Below, one piece after another: positions 29,423 through 38,847 of a stretch of 64,000 bases of DNA. Position 1 is the stretch's first letter; every line of letters begins with the position of its first letter. Below the pieces are notes generated by a model. The model was not told where the DNA came from, ran no database searches, and was given only the letters and a program-made list of their open reading frames with translations. Origin of the DNA: a virus; IMG/VR virus record IMGVR_UViG_3300034061_002899. One strand, written 5' to 3'. A program made the translations under genes and the position numbers.

Positions 29423-32179
29423 ATGACAACAATAAAAATAACGCAACTACCAAGTATAGGCAACGGGCTTTCTGCATCAACAATATTACCAGTAGTTAAT
29501 ACTAGTGGTACTGCTGTAACAGAAAAAGTTACAGTGGGTGCTGTAGCAAACTATGTATTAACACAAGCTGGTAATACACTATCTCCAGCATTTCTTTCTA
29601 CTATAGCATACTCAGTATCAAATGCCTCACAACCTAACATTACTAGTGTTGGTACACTGAGTGTTGATACATTGAAAATTACAGGTGGAATAGTAGGCTA
29701 CTATTTACAAACAGACGGATCGGGTAACCTAGCATGGGCACCTGGCGGCGGTGGTAATGGCGCAGTTGGCGGCATCAATACACAAGTTCAGTTTAACGAT
29801 GAAGGTAACTTTAGTGGTAACACTGGGTTTACATTTAACAAGACGACGGGTGTATTTACATCACCTTTCTTAGCTGGTAATGGCAACGGATTATCAAATA
29901 TACAGGGCGCAAACGTATCAGGTTTTGTACCTAATGCTAATGTTGCTAATACTGCACTTGCAGTAGCAGCCGCAAATGTTTCTGGCTTAGGTAACATCGC
30001 TACTATTAATTTAACTGGTAGTAATAGTAATGTATTGTATGGCAACGGTGTGTTTGCTCCAGCGTCAGGTGGCAATAGTACATATGATAATAGTAATGTG
30101 GCAACATTCTTGGCAGCATTTGGTAGTAATACAATCACAACTACAGGTAATATTAGTGGTGGCAATTTAGTAACCGGTGGACAAGTCGTAGCGAGCGGTA
30201 ATGTATCATCGGGCACTGGACTCAGTACCGGTGGCTTTCTAAGTGTAGATGGCACTGCTGATCTGCATGATACCACAGTAACTGGTTATGCAAATGTAAC
30301 CGGTACTGCTAATACAGTCGGTGGTGGTGCAACAGTTGGAGTACGTAGTATACTAGCAATTGATTCAGCATTTGGTAGTAATTCCTCAGCAGATCCAGCA
30401 AGCGCACAAGCAGTGCGTGGTCGTGTGACAGGTAGCAATCTAACTAAGACACGCAATTATGTTGCCGGCGTAACCGGTCAATACTTAGTTACTGGTACCA
30501 ATGCAAGCGAATTTATTAACACTGGTTTACTTGGTGTCGTAGGAGATCAAACAACTACAGCAAATGCGGCTGTTGTTGCTTATTTGGACGGTGACGGTGG
30601 ATTGACTACGGCTGGTTCAGCATATGGTGTAAGTATGAAGAACTCAACTCCTGGCTCAGGATTTGATTACGGCCTAGATTTACAATTTATTGATTTAAAT
30701 GTGGCTGGAACAACTACTCCATTCAAGCAAGCAGATATTCGTTTTAATAACGGTGTAGAACTTGTTGCTAATACGGCTAACAATATTTCTATCAATGCTG
30801 ATGTTACAGTAGGCAACATCACTGCTACTAATTTAGGCAACATTGCAACAGTCAATTTAACCGGTAGCAATAGTAATGTGTTGTACGGCAATGGAGTGTT
30901 TGCGGCAGTAGCAGGTGGTGGCGGATTACCATTAGCCAATGGCTCATCAAACTTTAATATTGCTACCAGTGGTGGTAATGTTACTATTGATGTAGCAGGA
31001 TTAGAAACTTGGACATTTGATACCAACGGCAACTTGACTATTCCTGGTAGTATCGTTGGTACTGCTACTATAGACATTGACAACCGTGCTTCTGGTAACG
31101 GTGCAGATATTAATCTATATTCAGCCGATGACATTTTGATACAGGCACGTGATCGTGATGCAGGATCTACTGCTGAAGGCGGTGACATTAATATCTTTGC
31201 AGGTGATAGTGCTGAAGATAGTGACGCATCAGGAGGTGACATTGTTATTGAAGCCGGTCGTGGTGGCGCAGCCAATCTTGATTTTGGTGGTGATGGTGGA
31301 TTTGTTCGTGTAGAGGCTGGACAAGGCGGTGCTGCCGTAGGTGCTAATATCTCTGCACGAAGCGGCGGTTCTCTTACACTTAATGCAGGCAATGGTGGTA
31401 CAAACAATGGTAATATTGACCTAGGTAATTCAGGCGGTGATGTAACCATAAATGCCGGTGATAGCACAGGTAACGGTGATCCTGGTGGTAGTATTATTCT
31501 AAGATCAGGTGATGCCGGTGCAAACGCATTAGCAGGACAAATACAACTAATCATACCCGGTGGTGATGTTGGTCCCGGTGGCACTTGGATATTTGACGGT
31601 AATGGCATAATTCAACTACCTAATAGTGGAACTATTAGTAATGAAGGCAACAACATTGATATTGGTAGCACTAGTGCTATCAGCCTTGAAGCATCTAGTG
31701 CAGTAAACATCTATACTGATACAGGTACTAACGCTTGGCAATGGCAATTTCAGGATGACGGTAATCTAAGATTGCCAACTATTGAGTTAGATGTAGGTAA
31801 CACTATCAACGAGCAGACAGTAATTCAAAGTCAGCGCAAGATTATCCCAGGGCTTAGATACAGTGCTGAAATTACTGGTAGTACACCGACTACTGTTTAC
31901 ACTGCTACCAGTGTTGACACAACTTCAATGAAAGTTACAATGCAAATTCAGCACAGTGGCTTAGGATTTGAATTTTTTGATGTGTCTGCTACATCTACAG
32001 GTGGTAATACTTACTACACAGTAAGCAACAGACTTCAACCACCTACAATTGCTGATAGTACCGTCGTAGTTGACCTGAACGGCTCTAACTTTATGGATAT
32101 TACAGTAACAATTAACTCAGGCGCAGCCAACAGTTGGGTTACATATGATGCTACCGAATTCGGTATCGCAGTAGATTAA
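29423..32179 (+). CDS. Tail fibre protein
   Basis: KITQLP, QPNITSVGTL, LQTDGSGNLAW, QVQFND, Gly-rich repeats. Confidence 0.8.
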   Translation: MTTIKITQLPSIGNGLSASTILPVVNTSGTAVTEKVTVGAVANYVLTQAGNTLSPAFLSTIAYSVSNASQPNITSVGTLSVDTLKITGGIVGYYLQTDGSGNLAWAPGGGGNGAVGGINTQVQFNDEGNFSGNTGFTFNKTTGVFTSPFLAGNGNGLSNIQGANVSGFVPNANVANTALAVAAANVSGLGNIATINLTGSNSNVLYGNGVFAPASGGNSTYDNSNVATFLAAFGSNTITTTGNISGGNLVTGGQVVASGNVSSGTGLSTGGFLSVDGTADLHDTTVTGYANVTGTANTVGGGATVGVRSILAIDSAFGSNSSADPASAQAVRGRVTGSNLTKTRNYVAGVTGQYLVTGTNASEFINTGLLGVVGDQTTTANAAVVAYLDGDGGLTTAGSAYGVSMKNSTPGSGFDYGLDLQFIDLNVAGTTTPFKQADIRFNNGVELVANTANNISINADVTVGNITATNLGNIATVNLTGSNSNVLYGNGVFAAVAGGGGLPLANGSSNFNIATSGGNVTIDVAGLETWTFDTNGNLTIPGSIVGTATIDIDNRASGNGADINLYSADDILIQARDRDAGSTAEGGDINIFAGDSAEDSDASGGDIVIEAGRGGAANLDFGGDGGFVRVEAGQGGAAVGANISARSGGSLTLNAGNGGTNNGNIDLGNSGGDVTINAGDSTGNGDPGGSIILRSGDAGANALAGQIQLIIPGGDVGPGGTWIFDGNGIIQLPNSGTISNEGNNIDIGSTSAISLEASSAVNIYTDTGTNAWQWQFQDDGNLRLPTIELDVGNTINEQTVIQSQRKIIPGLRYSAEITGSTPTTVYTATSVDTTSMKVTMQIQHSGLGFEFFDVSATSTGGNTYYTVSNRLQPPTIADSTVVVDLNGSNFMDITVTINSGAANSWVTYDATEFGIAVD

Positions 32180-32199
32180 TAAGAATAAGGAAAAATAAA

Positions 32200-35100
32200 A
32201 TGGCAGCAAATTTACAACCAATATCGTCGGACGGTGGATTTACATCTGGCGGAAATATCAACTCATCCGGTGATCCAAGTTCGGCACCAAGTCTAAATGA
32301 TTTCTTCAGTATAACTTCTGCGGCTAACTTTGCTATTGTAACTGACAATGCTAACACTGACCAAACTTGGACATTTGGCACAGATGGTAGTTTAACATTA
32401 CCTATTGGTATATCTATTGATAATAGCGTAGACCCTCTGTATCCCAAGATCATTGCAGACAGTAACTTGCTATTCAGTGTTCAAGGGCAAGGTGCTAATG
32501 GTTCCGCGGCATTGGCTTGGACTGTGGATCCTGATGCGGCATCTCAGTATGCGGCTGTCGCTGTTACCCGAGCCGGTGGAGACGATCTTGCCAAGGTGAT
32601 ATTAACCGCACAAGCCAATTCAGGTGATAGTGCGAATGCAAAGACTTGGACATTTAATGAAGCCGGTAACTTAACATTACCAGGTAATACATTTGCGGTT
32701 AACTATGCTAATGGTACACAAGTATCAATTGGAGGCGGTGGCAACACAGGCAATGTGACATTCAGTGATATCAATATCATCGGTGACGGTAACTTAAAGT
32801 TACAACCTGATTCTGCTAACGCTGATGCTTATTTGGATATCTTTCTAACCGCAGGTCCAGACATTCACATTGCCGGCAATGGTGAAACTGTTATTCTCGG
32901 GACTGATGACTTTGCTAATGTTGCTGTCAATGTTGATGGTAATGTGTCTATACAAGCCGGTGATGCCAATGGCACACATACTTGGAACTTTGATACTGCT
33001 GGTAACTTGACCTTGCCATTAGGCAGTATTGTTTATGAAACCAACATTCCAGACCAATCACTTAGTGGTAGTGCTATTGCTTTAAAACCAATAGGTGGAA
33101 CTACTGCCAATCAACAGTTATTAATATATCCAACTGCGAATGACGGTGACCATATACATATGACAAGTGGAAACTTGTATACAACCGAGTTGTTCTTAGG
33201 TAGTGATAACTTGTATGTTAAGTTAGCAAATACAGGTAATGTTGTTATCAACAGTAATGATGGTAATAGTAGTAATGCTATGTGGACATTTGACACAGAT
33301 GGTAACCTAACACTACCAGGTAATACTTTTGCAGTTAACTACGCTAACGGTACTCAAGTATCAATTGGTGGCGGTGGTGCTAATACAGGTAATGTGACAT
33401 TTAGCGACCAAATTGTAATAGGCACTGGCAGCAATGATGGCACTGACGGATTGTATTTGGCTCCTGGAAATAATAGTATTGCTAATAGTGCATTACAATA
33501 CCTGAGAGTGCGCGGTGGTGATGTTGTCACACACATTCACCTTGACACAGGCAACAATCAATTTTATGACCAATACTTTGGTGATGATGCCAAATATGTA
33601 AAACTTGAATTAGGTGATGCAGGCAATGTCGTAATCGGTACTGATGATGCTAATGGTAATCAGTACAATTGGTCATTTACTAGTGACGGTAATTTAATAT
33701 TAGCAGGTGGCAACAGTGTGATTCAAAGTATCGCTAACAGTTCATCGGAGCCATTATATCCAAATGTCAGCACAATGGTCTTTACACCTGATGCTCTCCT
33801 TAGTTCACAGTCACTAGTACTTGACCCAACTGGTCCAAGTCATATTCACTTACGAGCACCAGGTGCAAATATTGACGAACCAGATGCTAATATATTCTTA
33901 GGCGGTGAAACATCGAGTTTTGAAGTAGGTTACTATAACGGTGCCGCTCCTAACTTATTCGTTCACAGCGGCGGTAACACTTGGACATTTGATACTACTG
34001 GTATTCTAGTATTCCCGCGTGATACTGGTCCTAATACGACTGATCCTATCTTAACTATTACAGGTGGTGCAAGTCCAAAAATCTTGTCAGAAGATGTTAG
34101 TTTAGCAGGTCCTGCTAATCTTGAGATTGCGGCTCTTAATACTATATTCACCGGCTCTAGCGGTAGCGCAATCAAGATTTATCCTGATGATGGTGAAGTT
34201 GCGTCTGATGGTAATCTTCAGATTTGGGCTAACTCTGGCGGCAATACTGAATACAGTTGGACATTTGATACTACTGGTAACTTAACTACACCTAGTAACT
34301 TAGTGATTGGCCCAGGTACCGGTAGTGGTTCAAGTATATTTCAATATAATGAGGGTCTACAAATTCTAGGAGAAGGTGCTAACTCCGTTGTACAGCTGGG
34401 TTGGACAGCAAATACAAGCGCACCCGATAGTGTTACAACAATAGCAATGAATTACCCAGGTGGTGGCGAAGGAAATGTATTGATTGCTGTAGGTAATAAC
34501 GCAACTACAGTAAACTACTGGCTCTTTGACAATACCGGTAATTTAAGATTACCAGGTAATACTTTCGCAGTTAACTACGCTAACGGCACACAAGTACCAG
34601 TAGGAGTCACTCAAGATATCAGTTCTAACGGTGCTATGAGTATAATGCTCTATGATGGTAACATAAAGTATAATAACTATGCTACGGTTGAACCAAGTAC
34701 TGGTAACATCGCTGGCGGCAACATCTCAACTACTGGTGTTGTAACTGCTAATACAGCAAACATTACAACTGGTAACATCACTACTATTAATAGCGGTCTA
34801 TTGCGTAATGGTAACTCAAACATCACTATTACTAGTAACGGCAATGTTTCAATTCAAGCAGCCGGTAGCAACGTTGAATTAGTAGTTACAAGCACTGGTG
34901 CTAATGTTACTGGTACACTAACATCAACTGGTAAGATTGGTTATGCATCAGGTTCTACTGTTACTCAAACTTCTAATAGAGGCAACGGGGTGAATATCAA
35001 CGCATTAGCAGGTACTATTGTTACTGTAAGTGCTAGTATGACAGCCGGTGAAATAGGTGTATTCTCGGTAACAAACAATCAAGTTGATACTAACAATGAT

Positions 35101-35271
35101 ATTGTATTAGTACAAGTGGTTAGTCCGAATTTAGGAAATTATAATGTTATTGCTAACCCTAATTCAGGTATAGGTGGTTTCTATTTGACTTTACAAAACA
35201 TCAGTGGTTTCCCGATAAGTGCAGAAGCAGTTACTATTAGATTTATGGTTATCAAGGCACCTAATGCTTAA
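32200..35271 (+). CDS. Tail fibre protein with WTFDxxGNLTLP repeats
   Basis: At least 8 WxFxxxGxL motifs; Asn/Gly/Thr-rich. Confidence 0.8.
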   Translation: MAANLQPISSDGGFTSGGNINSSGDPSSAPSLNDFFSITSAANFAIVTDNANTDQTWTFGTDGSLTLPIGISIDNSVDPLYPKIIADSNLLFSVQGQGANGSAALAWTVDPDAASQYAAVAVTRAGGDDLAKVILTAQANSGDSANAKTWTFNEAGNLTLPGNTFAVNYANGTQVSIGGGGNTGNVTFSDINIIGDGNLKLQPDSANADAYLDIFLTAGPDIHIAGNGETVILGTDDFANVAVNVDGNVSIQAGDANGTHTWNFDTAGNLTLPLGSIVYETNIPDQSLSGSAIALKPIGGTTANQQLLIYPTANDGDHIHMTSGNLYTTELFLGSDNLYVKLANTGNVVINSNDGNSSNAMWTFDTDGNLTLPGNTFAVNYANGTQVSIGGGGANTGNVTFSDQIVIGTGSNDGTDGLYLAPGNNSIANSALQYLRVRGGDVVTHIHLDTGNNQFYDQYFGDDAKYVKLELGDAGNVVIGTDDANGNQYNWSFTSDGNLILAGGNSVIQSIANSSSEPLYPNVSTMVFTPDALLSSQSLVLDPTGPSHIHLRAPGANIDEPDANIFLGGETSSFEVGYYNGAAPNLFVHSGGNTWTFDTTGILVFPRDTGPNTTDPILTITGGASPKILSEDVSLAGPANLEIAALNTIFTGSSGSAIKIYPDDGEVASDGNLQIWANSGGNTEYSWTFDTTGNLTTPSNLVIGPGTGSGSSIFQYNEGLQILGEGANSVVQLGWTANTSAPDSVTTIAMNYPGGGEGNVLIAVGNNATTVNYWLFDNTGNLRLPGNTFAVNYANGTQVPVGVTQDISSNGAMSIMLYDGNIKYNNYATVEPSTGNIAGGNISTTGVVTANTANITTGNITTINSGLLRNGNSNITITSNGNVSIQAAGSNVELVVTSTGANVTGTLTSTGKIGYASGSTVTQTSNRGNGVNINALAGTIVTVSASMTAGEIGVFSVTNNQVDTNNDIVLVQVVSPNLGNYNVIANPNSGIGGFYLTLQNISGFPISAEAVTIRFMVIKAPNA
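32647..34596 (+). repeat. Three copies of an intragenic module WTF..GNLTLPGNTFAVNYANGTQV
   Basis: Copies at ~32647-32769, ~33283-33408, ~34518-34596. Confidence 0.85.
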
Positions 35272-35302
35272 AGTAGCTTATAAATAAACAAAAGGATAAC
35301 AA

Positions 35303-36172
35303 ATGACAATAATAGTAGAGGGTGGAATAGATATAGGGCCTGGTATTACATTAGGCGGAACTCCTCCGCCCCCTCCTGCGCCGCAACAAGCATTTACAAC
35401 TCCAGGAACATTTAGTTGGACAGCACCAGCCGGTGTTACTAGTGTATGTGTTGTTTGCGTAGGTGGCGGAGCAGGTGCAAAAGGTACATTCCCTTCAACT
35501 GGTGGCGGTGGTGGCGGTGGACTTGGTTGGAAAAATAACATCACTGTTACACCGGGTCAGAGTTACACTGTAGTAGTTGGTGCCGGAGGCACCAACACAA
35601 GTACTGCAGGTGGTAATAGTTATTTTATTAATCTTACTACTGTTGCTGGCTATGGCGGTGTTAGTGCGGATCGTGGTGCTATTAATGGCACTAGAGCAAA
35701 CTTTGTAGGTGATGGTGGTGGTCGAGGCGGAGCCGGCGCCGGCAACGGTAACAATTTTGTTTCATGGGGTGGCGGTGGCGCCGGCGGATACTCAGGCAAC
35801 GGTGGTAACGGTGGTGGCGGACAAAGTAATAAAGGTAGTGACGGACCATCTGGGTCAGGGTATGCTGGATTCCCGCCAGAAACTGGTTCCGGTGGCGGGG
35901 GCGGTGGGGGTAATGAGAGACCGGGCGGTAGTGTTGGCATACTAGGACAAGGTAGTGACGGCACTGCACCTGGCAGAATATTTTTTTCAGGTAGCTGGGT
36001 TTATTTTGCAGGCACAGCCGGTTCAGGTGGTGGATCTAACGATGGTGACAACGGTGGTCTATATGGCGCCGGTGGTGCAGGTGTAAACGACTCACTGGGC
36101 GGCGGCGGTGCAGTAAGAATTATTTGGGGAGCAGGTCGTGCATTCCCTGCAACGAATACAGGTGATATTTAA
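35303..36172 (+). CDS. Glycine-rich tail adhesin-like protein
   Basis: FTTPGTFSWTAPAGVTSV..VCVGGG, GGGGG runs, GAVRIIWG; TATAAATA promoter at ~35279-35286. Confidence 0.8.
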   Translation: MTIIVEGGIDIGPGITLGGTPPPPPAPQQAFTTPGTFSWTAPAGVTSVCVVCVGGGAGAKGTFPSTGGGGGGGLGWKNNITVTPGQSYTVVVGAGGTNTSTAGGNSYFINLTTVAGYGGVSADRGAINGTRANFVGDGGGRGGAGAGNGNNFVSWGGGGAGGYSGNGGNGGGGQSNKGSDGPSGSGYAGFPPETGSGGGGGGGNERPGGSVGILGQGSDGTAPGRIFFSGSWVYFAGTAGSGGGSNDGDNGGLYGAGGAGVNDSLGGGGAVRIIWGAGRAFPATNTGDI

Positions 36173-36196
36173 CAAGGACACTTGATGCAAACCACA

Positions 36197-36222
36197 AAAA
36201 AGCCCCACTTAAGGGGCTTTTT
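36197..36222. terminator. Bidirectional terminator at the convergence of gene blocks
   Basis: AAAAAGCCCC-ACTTAA-GGGGCTTTTT. Confidence 0.9.
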
Positions 36223-36434
36223 TAATTCATCTTTTCTAGCATGTGATTAGTAAATTTACTTTCACACATTGCCGGAATCTCAACAAACGGATCTTCAAGA
36301 AAGAAGGGACAACCATTTTTCCACTTACCATTCTTCTTAAAGAATTTAAATTCTAGTAAATCTTTTTTATCTCCAGGATCAAACTCTCTACGTGGATTGA
36401 ATGAGCGACGGAATGTAGATAGATTCATGTTCAT
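36222..36434 (-). CDS. Hypothetical protein
   Basis: KWKNGCPFFLEDPF..IP. Confidence 0.7.
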   Translation of the reverse strand: MNMNLSTFRRSFNPRREFDPGDKKDLLEFKFFKKNGKWKNGCPFFLEDPFVEIPAMCESKFTNHMLEKMN

Positions 36435-36438
36435 AATT

Positions 36439-36457
36439 AAAAGGGGCCGAAGCCCCG
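36439..36457 (-). terminator. Rho-independent terminator
   Basis: GGGGC-TTCG-GCCCC-TTTT on minus strand. Confidence 0.85.
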
Positions 36458-36461
36458 TTGA

Positions 36462-36845
36462 TTACTCAGAGATAGCAGACAAAACTTGTTCTGCGGACAC
36501 TTCTTTGTTTTTCTTAGCACGTGCTTTGATAGCATCAATGCTTGGCTTTGTTTTTGTAGCTTTAACTTTAACTACGCCCTTGCTTGCTTCTTTTACTTTG
36601 TCAGCAAGTGTATCAGCAATAGTTGCCTGATCAGATGGGCTAGCGAACTCTGGCAATGTTGCCAAATGATTCAATGCTTCAACTTTAGTCATCTCGCTAG
36701 GCAACTCAACGAAATCGACACGTGATGCGCCACCTTTCGTAAATTGCTTGATACGACGGACCATATCATCAGTGAAACGAACTTTAGCGTTACCATTGTG
36801 AACAGTAATACCAGCGACTTTGAAAGTTTGATTAGAATTAGCCAT
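36462..36845 (-). CDS. Hypothetical protein, Lys-rich C-terminus
   Basis: Start revised to MANSNQTF (AAGGA RBS), downstream of promoter 36910-36938. Confidence 0.8.
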   Translation of the reverse strand: MANSNQTFKVAGITVHNGNAKVRFTDDMVRRIKQFTKGGASRVDFVELPSEMTKVEALNHLATLPEFASPSDQATIADTLADKVKEASKGVVKVKATKTKPSIDAIKARAKKNKEVSAEQVLSAISE

Positions 36846-36909
36846 TGTGTTTCCTTTAAATAAAAAGCTAAGTTTAAAAAATGTACTGATATCACTCAGC
36901 ACTGTTATA

Positions 36910-36938
36910 ATGATAACACAAAAGGGTTTTATTGTCAA
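36910..36938 (-). promoter_or_regulatory. Early sigma70 promoter (repeat family)
   Basis: TTGACAATAAA..-17-TATCAT. Confidence 0.75.
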
Positions 36939-36961
36939 CCATTGTGTTACCCATTATTCGA

Positions 36962-37117
36962 TTAAGCCGGGTTAGCTGATTCACTAATCAGCAACCGACC
37001 GTACATTGATTTTGCCATTTGAATGGCCTGAAAAGGATTGTCGGCATTGATATACATACGACCGAAACCTGCACCCGGTTCATCTTTATATTTTACCATT
37101 ACCCAATATTGATTCAT
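36962..37117 (-). CDS. Small hypothetical protein (51 aa, not in ORF track)
   Basis: MNQYWVMVKY...INADNPFQAIQMAKSMYG; AAGGT RBS. Confidence 0.7.
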   Translation of the reverse strand: MNQYWVMVKYKDEPGAGFGRMYINADNPFQAIQMAKSMYGRLLISESANPA

Positions 37118-37118
37118 A

Positions 37119-37325
37119 TTATACCTTTAAAGAAAATTTTGCAAGAATTGATTTTGCTTGATCTAAATCTTTTACCATTTCAGCATCAGCTTTTTCATGG
37201 ACCTGTTCGAACAAACCATTTACATATTCTGAATATTCATCACTAATTGTCTCCAACCAAATATCAAATTGATATTCGTTTAATGACATAATGAAATTAA
37301 AGATTTTGCGGTCTTGTTTTGTCAT
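37119..37325 (-). CDS. Hypothetical protein
   Basis: Start revised to MTKQDRK. Confidence 0.7.
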   Translation of the reverse strand: MTKQDRKIFNFIMSLNEYQFDIWLETISDEYSEYVNGLFEQVHEKADAEMVKDLDQAKSILAKFSLKV

Positions 37326-37329
37326 AATA

Positions 37330-37767
37330 TTAAACTGTAACAGTTTCCCATGAACCTTCAACTTGATAGGGTTTGTCCCACTTACCAATGTTAACGTCAA
37401 CATAGTAGGCAGTGTTGAAGTAATCTGTCATTGCATCCGATTCGTCATACCAGTCGGCCGACTTCAATGCTTTGAATGCTTCAGTTAAGAAAGCCTTAGC
37501 CTTACCATCATAATGATCCTGAAACCAATATGGGTTAACTTGATCGTAGCCATTAGTATTGGGTTTGAAACCACGAGCCACTTGATAGTGGTCATTGCCG
37601 CAAACTTTGTTGCTATTTCCAATAAAGTCAATAACACCTGATTTGAGGGTCAATACAATGCTAGAATGATTACGGACACTCAAGGTACCTTTGACTTTGT
37701 ACTTAGCCAAGATGGGCTTAAGTGCTTTAGAAATTTTCTGTTTGCGTTCTTGATTCATGTAAGCCAT
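37330..37767 (-). CDS. Hypothetical early protein (LPD29-like)
   Basis: SDAMTDYFNTAYYVDVNIGKWDKPY. Confidence 0.7.
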   Translation of the reverse strand: MAYMNQERKQKISKALKPILAKYKVKGTLSVRNHSSIVLTLKSGVIDFIGNSNKVCGNDHYQVARGFKPNTNGYDQVNPYWFQDHYDGKAKAFLTEAFKALKSADWYDESDAMTDYFNTAYYVDVNIGKWDKPYQVEGSWETVTV

Positions 37768-37800
37768 TTGTTAGTCCTTTATTTAACTGTCTAAGATTCT

Positions 37801-37829
37801 ATTATATACCCAAACCGATTTATTGTCAA
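37801..37829 (-). promoter_or_regulatory. Early sigma70 promoter (repeat family)
   Basis: TTGACAATAAATCGGTTTGGGTATATAAT; near-identical with leader to 8741-8797. Confidence 0.9.
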
Positions 37830-37835
37830 CCTTTT

Positions 37836-38009
37836 TTAGGAATTAATTGTCTCAAAAGGACTCAATTCCTCAGTCTGGCCCTCAAGGCTTGCTAGTACAT
37901 CGTAAACAATAACGACCGGTATATCAAGTACCGCGGCGATTGTTGCTGGATGTGTGCCTTTTTCAATCATTTCCTCGATATCCATATATAAGTTTGCCAT
38001 CTTACTCAT
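37836..38009 (-). CDS. Small HTH-like protein (57 aa, not in ORF track)
   Basis: MSKMANLYMDIEEMIEKGTHPATIAAVLDIPVVIVYDV; GGAGG RBS. Confidence 0.7.
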   Translation of the reverse strand: MSKMANLYMDIEEMIEKGTHPATIAAVLDIPVVIVYDVLASLEGQTEELSPFETINS

Positions 38010-38284
38010 TACAATACCTCCAACATGCTAGCGGGAACTCTCCAACTACGGAACTGACCCGGTTGATCTACAATAATAAATTTACGATTGATTTTCTTTA
38101 CAACACCGGAGATTGTACCGCGGGTTGAACTAGTGAATCTAACATTGGATCCGATTGTCAATGCCGATTTGTTTCGTACCACTAGTTGGGCACGGGCAAA
38201 ACGAATTGCATCTCCAATGCTATTCAATTCTTCATTAGTAAAATCACCCTGCATGATAGCAGTATTAATTTGCTTGATGTTCAT
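38009..38284 (-). CDS. Hypothetical protein with SH3-like C-terminus
   Basis: IGSNVRF...GVVKKINRK...WRVPASML. Confidence 0.75.
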   Translation of the reverse strand: MNIKQINTAIMQGDFTNEELNSIGDAIRFARAQLVVRNKSALTIGSNVRFTSSTRGTISGVVKKINRKFIIVDQPGQFRSWRVPASMLEVL

Positions 38285-38313
38285 TTGAACTCCTTTTGAC
38301 TGAATAAGACTCT

Positions 38314-38342
38314 ATTATAGACCCAAAACCATTTAATGTCAA
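38314..38342 (-). promoter_or_regulatory. Early sigma70 promoter (repeat family)
   Basis: TTGACA-17-TATAAT; -35 contains upstream stop. Confidence 0.9.
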
Positions 38343-38593
38343 CCTTTTTCTTTGATGTTTTTCAAAGAATTGTTCAAATCATTAAGGTGCTTGCGATATC
38401 GGATACGGCCTAGATTGATTGAGTACATTAAATATGCCAAACCACCTAACACAATAGAAATTCCAATATGTGGAATATATTGAATTATTGACTCTGGGAT
38501 GTTATGTAACAAATAAATTACTGCGGATCCGGCGATTGCGGTAAGTGCAAATTCTTTTGCGGTTTGTGCGATAGCTTCAGTTTTTTCTGACAT
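38339..38593 (-). CDS. Two-TM membrane protein
   Basis: Two hydrophobic segments; AAGGA RBS. Confidence 0.75.
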   Translation of the reverse strand: MSEKTEAIAQTAKEFALTAIAGSAVIYLLHNIPESIIQYIPHIGISIVLGGLAYLMYSINLGRIRYRKHLNDLNNSLKNIKEKG

Positions 38594-38625
38594 ATTGATT
38601 TTCCTTTCTAAGTTTCAATATAAGT

Positions 38626-38654
38626 ATTGTAACACCAAAACGATTTATTGTCAA
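38626..38654 (-). promoter_or_regulatory. Early sigma70 promoter (repeat family)
   Basis: TTGACAATAAATCG..-TACAAT. Confidence 0.85.
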
Positions 38655-38809
38655 ATTTCGGTGCGGTTGGGATGCTTGGGTTTGCGGGTGTACTTGCCCT
38701 TTTCAGATTGTACAACCTTAGGTTTGAATGGAGTGTTGCTACAAAACAACACTTTGTGTGCCCGATGTTTGGGCTCTTTAACGGTGAATGATAGTAGTTC
38801 TTTTTTCAT
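38651..38809 (-). CDS. ArfA-like (alternative ribosome rescue factor) small basic protein, 52 aa, not in ORF track
   Basis: MKKELLSFTVKEPKHRAHKVLFCSNTPFKPKVVQSEKGKYTRKPKHPNRTEI resembles ArfA core [23 protein letters not shown]. Confidence 0.55.
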   Translation of the reverse strand: MKKELLSFTVKEPKHRAHKVLFCSNTPFKPKVVQSEKGKYTRKPKHPNRTEI

Positions 38810-38818
38810 AATACAAGT

Positions 38819-38847
38819 ATTATAACAGAACCCGTATTTATTGTCAA
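38819..38847 (-). promoter_or_regulatory. Early sigma70 promoter (repeat family)
   Basis: TTGACAATAAATAC..-TATAAT; 9 nt between the -10 and ATG 38809. Confidence 0.85.

Noticed and set aside
30667-31608. 313-aa minus-strand ORF (and similar ORFs at 29788, 35650, 3756)
   Set aside because: Antisense shadows of Gly/Ala-rich genes; no RBS
32200-36172. Diversity-generating retroelement TR/VR
   Set aside because: No reverse transcriptase in the window; repeat differences are mostly synonymous, not adenine-specific
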